From contig CBDDBE010000006.1 of the NCBI GenBank assembly GCA_965225085.1, positions 35,697 through 99,696 of the forward strand: a stretch of DNA of 64,000 nucleotides. Reading direction: 5' to 3'. This document shows, piece by piece, positions 8,561-16,960 of the stretch (within the stretch, counting starts at the first letter, position 1; each line of letters starts with the position of its first letter). The notes below the pieces were generated by a model that saw nothing but the letters and a program-made list of their open reading frames with translations, did no database searches and had not been told where the DNA came from. Source of the DNA: an uncultured Candidatus Saccharibacteria bacterium. Lineage in GTDB: Bacteria > Patescibacteriota > Saccharimonadia > Saccharimonadales > EFPC-124. The position numbers were made by a program, and so were the translations under genes.

Positions 8561-9711
8561 TCGTTCGGTCGGCGATTGATCGGCTACTGAAGCGATTTGA
8601 GAGGGATTTCGCGGTTCATAACCGTATTCTGGTTTCGCAGAGTGCGTTGTTGCACAATGTTGATGCGTTTGCGAGGCTGACCGGCCAAGATATTATTCCG
8701 GTGTTGAAGGGCAACGCCTATGGCCACGGTATCGAGCAAGTTGCGACTGCGCTAAAGGCTCGGAGGTTTCGATACATTGCTGTCGACGGGTACTTTGAGG
8801 CACTCCGCGTGCGCAAGGTAAGCCGGCAGCCGGTGCTGGTGATGGGCGCAATCCGGCCAGAGAACTTTGCGCGACTGCGGTACGACGATTTTGCTTTTGT
8901 GGTCCAGGACCAAGCGACTATCGAGGCGCTTGCGGCGACGGGCAAGCGAGTGGCCGTGCATCTAGAATGCAACACGGGCATGAACCGCTATGGCGCCAAG
9001 CCGGACGAGGCAGTAGCGCTGGCCAAGCTTATTTTGAAGCACCCGAAGCTCCACCTGGAAGGTGTCATGAGCCATCTGGCAGATAGCGACGGTGCGGATC
9101 CAGCAACGGTCACTCGGGCAGTTGAGCAATTTGATAGCACAGTCGAGGCTATTCGGAGATTCGGCGCGACGCCCAGCATCCTGCACATAGCTCAGACTGC
9201 GGGTAGCGCCGTGGCGACCTCGCGATATGCAAATGCAATGCGTTTGGGCATCGGCCTGTACGGCATCAATCCATTTCCGCCGGATCATCCGGCGCGGCAG
9301 AAGCTACGAGACCTCAGGCCGGCACTCACTTTCGTGAGCACGATCACAAAAATAACGCAGGTGCATAAGGGCGACCAGGTGAGCTACAACTACACTTTCA
9401 CGGCGCCGCACGACATGACCATTGGCGTTATCCCGGTTGGCTATTACGAGGGTCTGAACCGCACACTGAGTAATGCCGGAACGGTCAAAATTGGCAAACA
9501 CCAGGCCGAAATCGTTGGACGTGTGTGCATGAATCACACTATGATTAGCCTGGAAGGCGCGCGGATTGCCGTTGGTGATCAGGTGATTGTATACAGCAAC
9601 GACCCGCGTGATCCAAACAGTATCGAAGCCATTGCCGCTGCGAACAACTTATTTAATTACAACCTTTTGACCGCGCTCAGTACGGATGTGAGGCGTGAGT
9701 TGGTAGAATAA
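8557..9711 (+). CDS. alr: alanine racemase
   Basis: 384 aa. PLP-lysine motif VLKGNAYGHG near the N-terminus, with typical length and C-terminal beta domain. Confidence 0.92.
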   Translation: MIVRSAIDRLLKRFERDFAVHNRILVSQSALLHNVDAFARLTGQDIIPVLKGNAYGHGIEQVATALKARRFRYIAVDGYFEALRVRKVSRQPVLVMGAIRPENFARLRYDDFAFVVQDQATIEALAATGKRVAVHLECNTGMNRYGAKPDEAVALAKLILKHPKLHLEGVMSHLADSDGADPATVTRAVEQFDSTVEAIRRFGATPSILHIAQTAGSAVATSRYANAMRLGIGLYGINPFPPDHPARQKLRDLRPALTFVSTITKITQVHKGDQVSYNYTFTAPHDMTIGVIPVGYYEGLNRTLSNAGTVKIGKHQAEIVGRVCMNHTMISLEGARIAVGDQVIVYSNDPRDPNSIEAIAAANNLFNYNLLTALSTDVRRELVE

Positions 9712-9731
9712 TTTCATGTGTCGAACCACCG

Positions 9732-9768
9732 CCGGCAGCCGCTCCCACTAGTAAGGGAGGGCTGCCGG
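9732..9768. terminator. long GC hairpin between convergent genes
   Basis: CCGGCAGCC-GCTCCC-actagtaa-GGGAG-GGCTGCCGG between alr (+) and the BI-1-like gene (-). No clean T-run on either side. Confidence 0.5.
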
Positions 9769-9778
9769 ACGGCGTAGC

Positions 9779-10510
9779 TCAGCTAGACCGATTGGCGGAC
9801 AGCGCCTGCATGATGCGGAGCAGGATGTTGATGGAGTTGAGCCACATCTGCAGCCCCACGTCCACCGCGTTGTCCACGTCCTTGACGGCGATGTACTTGG
9901 CGCGGTTCATGTCGCGTACCGTGATGAGCGCGAACAGGCCGATGCCGATGTACGCCACGATCAGCAACAGGTGGGTGTTGTGCGCTGCAGCCTTGGCCGT
10001 GACCAAGCTGAAGAACAGGTAGGCCAGCAGCGAGAAGTTCAGGAAGTCGCTGAACCAGCTGTTGAACAGGTCGGCCTTGATAGCCAGGCCGATCATGCAC
10101 AGCACTACCATCAGCGCGATCGTGATACCCGCCGCTGGAACGAGCGTGTCGACGCCGACCGCTCGCACGAACGGACCGAACAGCGCGCCGAAGGCACCGG
10201 CGACCAAGACCAGGTAGGCCGCCAATGACGGCAGCCACCTCTGTGAATCGATCGCGTAGTGGGAGCCGCCTATCATCGACACTAGGACGATGAGGACCGC
10301 TGCGATGTACAGCGGCGGCTTGGGGTCCCAGTTGCGCGCCAGATAGGCCGTGATGGCCATGGCACCGTAGCCGAGAGCCACGCTGATGACACTCACCAGA
10401 TAAAAGGTGGGCGTATCGAGCACGAGACCACCGCTGGCGTTTGAACCGGTGCGGTCAAAGACGGTACCGTCGTCGCCGAGACCGACACTGTCGGAGCTGG
10501 ACCTTGCCAT
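9779..10510 (-). CDS. Bax inhibitor-1/YccA-family-like integral membrane protein
   Basis: About 7 hydrophobic helices and a C-terminal charged tail, resembling the BI-1 family. Start placed at ATG 10510 (MARSSSDS), which follows AAGGAGGGG. The track ORF extends to 10531. Confidence 0.65.
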   Translation of the reverse strand: MARSSSDSVGLGDDGTVFDRTGSNASGGLVLDTPTFYLVSVISVALGYGAMAITAYLARNWDPKPPLYIAAVLIVLVSMIGGSHYAIDSQRWLPSLAAYLVLVAGAFGALFGPFVRAVGVDTLVPAAGITIALMVVLCMIGLAIKADLFNSWFSDFLNFSLLAYLFFSLVTAKAAAHNTHLLLIVAYIGIGLFALITVRDMNRAKYIAVKDVDNAVDVGLQMWLNSINILLRIMQALSANRSS

Positions 10511-10643
10511 GTGCCCCTCCTTGGGGTACAACTCAGTAGAAAACTGAACGAGTTTATTATACTGAGATTATGGTATAAGTCAAATGTCACAGACACCCGA
10601 AGCGAATTGTGTTACAGTCTTGGTGTAAAAAGAGGAGCGTATT

Positions 10644-10943
10644 ATGGACTCGATTGCTGATCTGTCTGAGCCTGTAAAGGTGCAGGTTCGAGCGCGGCCG
10701 GCGGATTACAAGGCTGGCAAGGCCATAGCCGACGCTGATGGCGTAGTTATGGATGAATTTACGCCTATAAAAGTCAGGGCAACAGTGACCGAGCCGGGCC
10801 ATCAGACGCGTCGGACGCAGTTGACGGCGGGCCCGGATGGTTTTGACTGGGCGTGTACGTGCAATGGGCAGAAGCTTTTCTGCCGGCATGTTGTAGCGAC
10901 TGCCCTGGCCACGTGGGCGAAGGCGCCAAAGCGACAGCCGTAG
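10644..10943 (+). CDS. SWIM zinc-finger domain protein
   Basis: 99 aa. CxCx(7)CxH signature WACTCNGQKLFCRHVVATALA. SD GAGGAG upstream. Confidence 0.7.
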   Translation: MDSIADLSEPVKVQVRARPADYKAGKAIADADGVVMDEFTPIKVRATVTEPGHQTRRTQLTAGPDGFDWACTCNGQKLFCRHVVATALATWAKAPKRQP

Positions 10944-10958
10944 CGTATACTTGCTAGT

Positions 10959-11465
10959 ATGGAAGATAACATAAAGCGAGTTCGCGACCTGTTAACCTAT
11001 ATTCCGCACGCCGTTATCGCGACGGTGAGCGAAGATGGCGCGCCGCACAATACGCCGGTTTTTGGGGTGTTTGACGACGATCTGCATTTTTTCTGGTCCT
11101 CGTCGCCCAGCTCGCAGCACTCGCGTAATATTACGCGTGATCCTCGGGTGTTCGTGGTGTTTTTTGATTCGCACCGTGGAAATGGCGGATTGTATGTCAA
11201 CGCCAAGGCTGAACAACTAGACGACCCGGCAGACCTCGACTACAGTTACGAGTTGCTGTCGAGGGGCAAAGCTCGCCTGAACGCACCGATGGCTGCCCGC
11301 GAAACGTATGGCGACAATGGATCGCAGCGACTGTACCGTGCAACTCCGCAAAAATTGTGGGTCAGCCAAAGCACAAAGGACGAATCAGGCGCAATTATCT
11401 TTGACCAGCGATTCGAGATCCAGCCGAGCGACCTTCGCTCAGCGCAAGAGGCCCGACAATCATGA
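10959..11465 (+). CDS. pyridoxamine 5'-phosphate oxidase-like FMN-binding split-barrel protein
   Basis: 168 aa. N-terminal pattern IPHAVIATVSEDGAPHNTPVFGVFDDDLHFFWSSSPSSQHSRNI is typical of the PNPOx-like family. TATACT ends 7 nt before the ATG, so the start looks leaderless. Confidence 0.7.
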   Translation: MEDNIKRVRDLLTYIPHAVIATVSEDGAPHNTPVFGVFDDDLHFFWSSSPSSQHSRNITRDPRVFVVFFDSHRGNGGLYVNAKAEQLDDPADLDYSYELLSRGKARLNAPMAARETYGDNGSQRLYRATPQKLWVSQSTKDESGAIIFDQRFEIQPSDLRSAQEARQS

Positions 11466-11538
11466 ACCACAGCGAGCACTTGGCAGGTCTTGTTGAGCTG
11501 TGGGGCCGATGCCAAAGCGTGTTATTCCCGGAGGCAGC

Positions 11539-11961
11539 ATGAGTGTCGTGCAGCGCATCGCGGCCAAGGCGCTGATCGTGAACGGCGACGGCAAAGTGTT
11601 GATACTGCGAGAAGCCTCGACGTACCAGGACGGCACAAACACTGGCCGTTACCATCTGCCGGGTGGGCGAGTCGAACCTGGCGAGGCGTTTTTTGACGCA
11701 CTGCATCGTGAAATCCTGGAGGAGACCGGGCTCACGGTAACGCCACTTCGACCCTTGTATGTAGGGGAGTGGTCACCGGTGATTCGTGGCGTCCAGAATC
11801 AAATAATCGCCGTTTTCTATGCCTGCACGGCGCCACAGGGAGATGTGCGGCTGAGTGACGAGCACGATCACTTTGAATGGATCGCTCCGCAGAGATATAC
11901 TGATTTTGATATGGTAGACCCCGATTGGGATGTCATAAAGACCTGGATTGCGGGGGCGTAG
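11539..11961 (+). CDS. Nudix hydrolase (MutT-like)
   Basis: Canonical Nudix box GGRVEPGEAFFDALHREILEETGL. Start placed at ATG 11539 after GGAGG. The track ORF begins at 11500. Confidence 0.85.
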   Translation: MSVVQRIAAKALIVNGDGKVLILREASTYQDGTNTGRYHLPGGRVEPGEAFFDALHREILEETGLTVTPLRPLYVGEWSPVIRGVQNQIIAVFYACTAPQGDVRLSDEHDHFEWIAPQRYTDFDMVDPDWDVIKTWIAGA

Positions 11962-11997
11962 CTAGACCTTGAGGTGCTTCTCTGGCACAATGAATGT

Positions 11998-12441
11998 ATG
12001 AGCGATGTGCTAATACGCGTTATCAATCGATCCCGGCACCCGTTGCCACAGCATCAGACGGAGCATGCGGCTGGGCTTGATATCTGTGCCAATATTGACC
12101 AGCCGGTTACGCTAGGTTCGCTGGAGCGCACTGTTGTGCCGACGGGTTTATTCCTGGCACTGCCCGCAGGGTACGAAGCGCAGATTCGTCCTCGATCTGG
12201 TTTGGCGGTAAAGCACGGCATTAGTCTGGTGAACGCGCCGGGCACTATCGATGCTGACTATCGCGGTGAGCTGGGCGTGATTCTGGTCAATCTGAGTCAC
12301 GAGCCTTATACCGTTCACGATGGCGATCGTATTGCTCAGATGGTGATTGCGCAGCATCAAACGGTTGCGTGGGAAGAGGTCCAGGATCTTGATAAGACCG
12401 AGCGCGGCGCAGGTGGTTATGGCCATACCGGGAAAAAGTAG
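11998..12441 (+). CDS. dut: dUTP diphosphatase
   Basis: Trimeric dUTPase motifs [22 protein letters not shown] and the C-terminal [10 protein letters not shown]. Start at ATG 11998, 6 nt after TGGCACAAT. Confidence 0.93.
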   Translation: MSDVLIRVINRSRHPLPQHQTEHAAGLDICANIDQPVTLGSLERTVVPTGLFLALPAGYEAQIRPRSGLAVKHGISLVNAPGTIDADYRGELGVILVNLSHEPYTVHDGDRIAQMVIAQHQTVAWEEVQDLDKTERGAGGYGHTGKK

Positions 12442-12445
12442 CCGC

Positions 12446-13075
12446 ATGAGCGACCAGCTATCCGACATCTGGCAAGACCCGGCCGAAGCCATCGGGAGCA
12501 TGCTGCTGGAATCGAGCCTGGACAAGGCCCTGCCCGCGCTGGCGCAGGTGCCACTGCTGTCTATTGCTATAGCCACATACAAATCGCGGGGCGCAGTTGC
12601 GGATTACCTCCTGGCACGCAAGGTGCAACAATTTTATACCGCGTGGGATGAACTACCACAAAGCAAACGCCGCAACGTATACGAAAAGTTTCAGAAAAAG
12701 CCCAAGGATTTCATCGAGAAGCTGCTGCTGATAGTGGAGCGTCAGGAAGATTTCGACAAATGTCGAATAATTGGTGTGCTCACGACTGCTTATCTGGGTG
12801 GCGGACTCAAACGGGCTGAGTATTTCGATTTCCTGGAGACAATCTCGCATCTGTCGTTTGGCGATTTGATGCGACTGGTTGGGCTTGCGCCAAAGGGTTT
12901 GATCTTTTCAGAACGTGAGGTGGGCGAGCGATATGCAGTGCTATTTGTGACTCGCGGCCTCATGACGACCGAACAGCCGCTTCCCGAGGAGCAGCGTATC
13001 GAGGAACCGTATACGTTTTACAAGGTAACGCCGGCGGGTCGCAAACTTGCTGATTACGTAGGCACACAGGCATGA
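12446..13075 (+). CDS. hypothetical helical protein
   Basis: The in-frame ATG at 12446 lies just after the dut stop (MSDQLSDIWQDPAE...), giving 209 aa. No family recognised. Its stop overlaps the next start (ATGA). Confidence 0.55.
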   Translation: MSDQLSDIWQDPAEAIGSMLLESSLDKALPALAQVPLLSIAIATYKSRGAVADYLLARKVQQFYTAWDELPQSKRRNVYEKFQKKPKDFIEKLLLIVERQEDFDKCRIIGVLTTAYLGGGLKRAEYFDFLETISHLSFGDLMRLVGLAPKGLIFSEREVGERYAVLFVTRGLMTTEQPLPEEQRIEEPYTFYKVTPAGRKLADYVGTQA

Positions 13076-13644
13076 TCCGCGCGGTACTTCTTGACTGTTT
13101 TGGCGTTATGTATTTCGAGCGAACCTGGGGTGGGCATCATCCGTACGTCAGCAGTAGCGATCCGGATGTGCGCGACCTTGCGCGCGAGGCGGAGTACGGG
13201 CTCATCGACGGTGACACGCTCCACCGGGGTATCGCGGAACTTACCGCGCAGCCACTCGCAAAGATCGAGAGGCACCTGGCCGACGAATATACTCGCAACA
13301 CAGCGTTGCTGTCGTACGCGCAGACGCTGCGGTCGGAGGTTAAGGTGGCGGTGCTGAGCAACCTGGGGCCAGATACCATGCAGCAGTTTTTCACCAGCGC
13401 AGAACGTACAGAGCTCTTCGACGGATTCTTCGTAAGCAGTGAGGTTGGCATGATAAAGCCACACCCCGAGATATTTGAGTACGCATGTAATCAGCTGGGC
13501 GTCGATACCAGCGAGGCGGTCATGCTAGACGACCTGGAGGAGAACTGCGTGGGTGCTCGCGAAGCTGGGCTTCAGGCGATCTGCTTTCGGTCGACTGAGC
13601 AGGCAATCGCCGATCTCAATGCGCTCCTGGGTACGGTAGAATAA
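13072..13644 (+). CDS. HAD-superfamily hydrolase
   Basis: 190 aa. N-terminal LLDCFGV (motif I position), LSNLG (motif II-like), and MLDDLEENCVGAREAGL (motif IV region). Confidence 0.75.
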   Translation: MIRAVLLDCFGVMYFERTWGGHHPYVSSSDPDVRDLAREAEYGLIDGDTLHRGIAELTAQPLAKIERHLADEYTRNTALLSYAQTLRSEVKVAVLSNLGPDTMQQFFTSAERTELFDGFFVSSEVGMIKPHPEIFEYACNQLGVDTSEAVMLDDLEENCVGAREAGLQAICFRSTEQAIADLNALLGTVE

Positions 13645-13648
13645 GGCC

Positions 13649-14533
13649 ATGCCCGAACTTCCTGAGGTTGAAACAGTCCGTATTGGGCTTGATAGATTGC
13701 TGCCTGGCCGAGTGGTGACAAGTGTTGACTACGACTGGCCAAAAGGTTTCCCAAACGCGGCCGAAGTGGTCGACGCGCATCTGATCAGCGCGTCTATTTT
13801 GGGTGTACGCCGGCGGGCAAAAGTGCTTATTATCGACCTTAGCTCCGAGTATTCATTAGTTATTCACCTGAAGATGACCGGGCAGCTGGTGTTTCGTGGC
13901 GAACAAGCATTTGGTGCAGGACACCCTAGCGCGAGCCTGGTAGGTGAGCTGCCAGATAAATCCACTCGCGTGACGATCGCTTTTCGGGACGGCAGTCAGC
14001 TCTTCTTCAACGATCAGCGCAAGTTTGGTTGGGTAAAGTTGCTTCCGACTGCCGATGTGCCGATGATGGACTTTATGCAGAAAGTTGGGCCAGAGCCGTT
14101 GGCGGCCAATTTTACGGCTCAGGATTTTATCGTGCGTCTACGCCAGCGGAATGGGAGTGGCATCAAGGCGGTGCTGCTAGACCAAGCGATTGTGGCTGGC
14201 ATTGGCAACATCTATGCCGACGAATCGCTGTGGGCAGCCAAGATACACCCGTTGATGCGCGTTGCGGATGTGAGCGACGGTCAGCTTGCTGGGCTATATG
14301 ATGGTCTAGTAAGGGTGTTGCAACTCAGTATCGAAAAGGGTGGTTCGACCGACAGAAATTACGTTGACGCCGAGGGCCGACGGGGTAGCTACCTGACATT
14401 TGCAAATGTTTTTCGGCGTGAAGGTCAGCCCTGCCCAAGGTGTGGCACGACCATCATTAAGCTGCGAGTTGCAGGGCGCGGTACGCATGCATGCCCCGTT
14501 TGCCAGAAGGCTCCAAAGGGGACTGCGAAATGA
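13649..14533 (+). CDS. mutM: formamidopyrimidine-DNA glycosylase
   Basis: Starts MPELPEVETVR (catalytic Pro2/Glu3). C-terminal zinc finger CPRCGTTIIKLRVAGRGTHACPVCQ. Confidence 0.93.
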   Translation: MPELPEVETVRIGLDRLLPGRVVTSVDYDWPKGFPNAAEVVDAHLISASILGVRRRAKVLIIDLSSEYSLVIHLKMTGQLVFRGEQAFGAGHPSASLVGELPDKSTRVTIAFRDGSQLFFNDQRKFGWVKLLPTADVPMMDFMQKVGPEPLAANFTAQDFIVRLRQRNGSGIKAVLLDQAIVAGIGNIYADESLWAAKIHPLMRVADVSDGQLAGLYDGLVRVLQLSIEKGGSTDRNYVDAEGRRGSYLTFANVFRREGQPCPRCGTTIIKLRVAGRGTHACPVCQKAPKGTAK

Positions 14534-15456
14534 TAGTGCTGCTAAGTGGTGCAAACGATTTTGCCGTGCGCCAGGCGCTCGATAAGCTGACGAGCGACTT
14601 TGTGAACAAGCATGGTGTTCACGCTGTCGAGCGAGTGGATGCCGAGCAGTTCGAGGCGGCGAGGCTGTCAGAATTACTACAGGGCGCGTCGTTGTTCGCC
14701 TCGCACCGGCTGGTGATACTGCAAGGTGCTGGCCGCAACAAACCGCTGTGGGAAGCGCTGGGCGAATGGGCCGAGCGCGTGCCGAGCGAAGTCGTGTTGG
14801 TTTTGGCCGAATCAGCCCCGGATAAGCGTACGCGTACCTTCAAGCAGATCCAGAAACATGGCAAGGTCCAGGACTTTGCCCAATTGAGCGAACCAGAACT
14901 AGCTGCATGGCTCCAACGTGAAGCCAAACGCCAGGGCGGTAGCATCGATGCGCATTCGGCACGACATTTGGTAGGCCGAGTCGGTCAGGACCAATGGCAG
15001 TTGCATACTGAGCTGCTGAAGTTGCTGGGCAATAACCCCACCGTGACCGTCGAGGCAATCGACCAGCTGGTCGAGCCCAACCCGCAGGTTAGTGCGTTCG
15101 ACCTGCTGGATGCGGTGTTGGCAGGGGACGGCGCAAAGGCCTCGACGTTGCTTGCGCGACTAAAAACTATCGAGGACCCTTACAAGCTTTTTGGTTTGCT
15201 AGTCAGCCAGATGCAAACGCTGGTGTTGGTCGTAACCGCAGATGGCAAATCGCTAGATGTCATTGCCAAGGAATCAGGCGTGCATCCTTTTGTGGTTCGG
15301 AAAATGCAGCCGATCGCGCGTCGTATCAGTTATGCGCAACTGCAACAGATGTTACGTGACGTTGCCCATACTGACACGCAGTTTAAGTCTACTGGTGTCG
15401 ATCCGTGGATGCTACTGGGTAAATGTCTGGGCAAGATTGCGAGTAGGGACGCATAG
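14530..15456 (+). CDS. holA: DNA polymerase III delta subunit
   Basis: 308 aa from ATG 14530, which overlaps the mutM stop (ATGA). HolA-like pattern: MIVLLSGANDF..., ASLFASHRLVIL, and a C-terminal helical domain. Confidence 0.82.
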   Translation: MIVLLSGANDFAVRQALDKLTSDFVNKHGVHAVERVDAEQFEAARLSELLQGASLFASHRLVILQGAGRNKPLWEALGEWAERVPSEVVLVLAESAPDKRTRTFKQIQKHGKVQDFAQLSEPELAAWLQREAKRQGGSIDAHSARHLVGRVGQDQWQLHTELLKLLGNNPTVTVEAIDQLVEPNPQVSAFDLLDAVLAGDGAKASTLLARLKTIEDPYKLFGLLVSQMQTLVLVVTADGKSLDVIAKESGVHPFVVRKMQPIARRISYAQLQQMLRDVAHTDTQFKSTGVDPWMLLGKCLGKIASRDA

Positions 15457-15539
15457 CGATTTTTTCGAAAAATGATATACTGTGAAAGTTTGAGCAACCA
15501 CCTGGACTAATGTCCAATGCTTGAAATGGAGAGAAGGCT

Positions 15540-15881
15540 GTGGCTAATCGTGAGCCAGTCGCTTACTTCACGGTAAACGCTCATGCCATACCGCTGGAGC
15601 AAGGCTACCAAATCATGACCGAGCTCGAACGTCAGTTCGGGGGAAGGATCGGAGGAATCTCGCTCTCTAGGCCTAGAGGAGGCGGCCACTACTACGTGGC
15701 ATTCACCAGCTGGGAGGTTGCTGATCGCTTCGAGGAGCTGCATCGCGACTGCACTCGTGCGCCCGTCGTGCGATCGGCCGTGCCGCCGCCGGGAACTGTC
15801 CTCGTCGAGGTGCCTGAGGAGTTGTTCAGGTTCATCCTTCGAACCAGTCAGCAGTTCATCGATCACATGAACCCCAACTGA
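15540..15881 (+). CDS. hypothetical protein (orphan A)
   Basis: 113 aa with a GTG start after GGAGAGAAGG, followed by a strong terminator. Preferred over the antisense 137-aa ORF because the SD and terminator sit on this strand. No family recognised. Confidence 0.5.
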   Translation: MANREPVAYFTVNAHAIPLEQGYQIMTELERQFGGRIGGISLSRPRGGGHYYVAFTSWEVADRFEELHRDCTRAPVVRSAVPPPGTVLVEVPEELFRFILRTSQQFIDHMNPN

Positions 15882-15888
15882 TAGACGT

Positions 15889-15925
15889 CGAGGGGCTGGT
15901 ATGCGCCGGCCCCTCGGCAAATTTT
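15889..15925 (+). terminator. rho-independent terminator
   Basis: CGAGGGGCTGG / CCGGCCCCTCG stem followed by GCAAATTTT. Confidence 0.7.
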
Positions 15926-15934
15926 GATACGTAC

Positions 15935-15963
15935 AAAAAATACAGCCCCATGTAAGGGCTGTA
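15935..15963 (-). terminator. rho-independent terminator of rpsT
   Basis: TACAGCCC / GGGCTGTA hairpin. On the minus strand it is followed by TTTTTT (the plus-strand A-run at 15935..15940). Confidence 0.7.
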
Positions 15964-15985
15964 TTAATTTTGCGAGGTAGTGTAT

Positions 15986-16360
15986 TTATGCTGCTTTTTT
16001 GACGGCTGGCTTTTTAGCTACTGGCTTCTTTGCTGCCGCTGGTGCGGCTTTTTTGCTAGCGGCTGGTTTGGCCGTAGCGGCAGGAGCTTTCTTGGCGGCA
16101 ACTTTGCCAGCTGGTTTTACGCCAGCTTCCTTGGCAATTTTGCTGAGCTGAGCTTTCTTGCGTGCGGCGGTGTTCTTGGTCAGAAGGTTCTTTTTGACGG
16201 CGGTGTCAATTTCTGACTGAGCCAGGCGCAAGTCCGCAGTACTTTTGCTAGTCAGAAAAGCCTTAAGAGCGGTGCGCAGGCTGCGCTTGACCGTGACATT
16301 TCGCGTGCGGCGCTTCTCGGTTTGGCGCATTCGCTTGATGGCGGATTTGATGATTGGCAT
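15986..16360 (-). CDS. rpsT: 30S ribosomal protein S20 with Ala/Lys/Pro-rich C-terminal tail
   Basis: Start at ATG 16360: MPIIKSAIKRMRQTEKRRTRN... is a typical bS20. The last ~46 residues are AKP-rich (KAPAATAKPAASKKAAPAAAKKPVAKKPAVKKAA). The track ORF extends to 16474. Confidence 0.9.
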   Translation of the reverse strand: MPIIKSAIKRMRQTEKRRTRNVTVKRSLRTALKAFLTSKSTADLRLAQSEIDTAVKKNLLTKNTAARKKAQLSKIAKEAGVKPAGKVAAKKAPAATAKPAASKKAAPAAAKKPVAKKPAVKKAA

Positions 16361-16496
16361 AGATGTATGTAAATCCTGTGAGTTGTTAGTGAAGTTCAGG
16401 GGGAAATTATACCGTAGCTCTCTATAAAAGTAAAGCCCGGATGGCTCGTACTGGTACGCACGGAATAGAGACAAAATATGCTTCTGCCCCTATGAT

Positions 16497-16510
16497 GCTT
16501 ATGCTAAAGT
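16497..16510 (+). promoter_or_regulatory. GCTTATGCTA motif fused to a -10-like TAAAGT
   Basis: GCTTATGCTAAAGT lies 25 nt upstream of ATG 16535. It is one of four exact copies of the 10-mer in the window (see findings). Confidence 0.4.
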
Positions 16511-16534
16511 TAAATCAGTAAGAGATATACAACT

Positions 16535-16960
16535 ATGTCGCGTTTACCTGTTCCCGGCTCAGATAATGGTACTTGGGGGAGCGTCCTCAATGATTTTTTG
16601 AGTGTGGAGCATAATGCAGATGGGACACTTAAGGCGTCAGGTTCACTGGCTGCCAAGGCCGATGACTCTTCTGTCGTGCATCTTGCTGGTGTAGAAACAG
16701 TTGCAGGCACAAAGACTTTTCAATCTTCGCCGGTTGCCCCTGGCCCTACCCTGGGCAGCCATGTGGCCACAAAGACATATGTAGACGGTGCCATTCCTGA
16801 TATAAGCTCAAAAGTCAGCAAAGCTGGCGATACAAATGACTGGTACGCTGAACGTACCAGGTGGGGTGGTGGTTCCTTCGGATTGGATCAACGTAAAAGC
16901 GCATGGCGCTATTGGCAATGGTACCACGGACGACACGGCTGCAATTCAGGCGTCAATTAA
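16535..16960 (+). CDS. N-terminal fragment of tail-fibre-like surface protein (frame lost after codon ~100)
   Basis: MSRLPVPGSDNGTWGSVLNDFLSVEHNADGTLK... up to ...SKAGDT is tail-fibre-like. After 16834 the frame reads nonsense-like sequence, while the +1 frame continues the motif. Confidence 0.6.
   Translation: MSRLPVPGSDNGTWGSVLNDFLSVEHNADGTLKASGSLAAKADDSSVVHLAGVETVAGTKTFQSSPVAPGPTLGSHVATKTYVDGAIPDISSKVSKAGDTNDWYAERTRWGGGSFGLDQRKSAWRYWQWYHGRHGCNSGVN

Noticed and set aside
15507-15920. 137-aa minus-strand ORF competing with orphan A
   Set aside because: The plus-strand ORF has a GGAGAGAAGG ribosome-binding site and a plus-strand terminator directly after its stop. The minus-strand ORF runs through that terminator hairpin and has no comparable signals. 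The choice remains uncertain.
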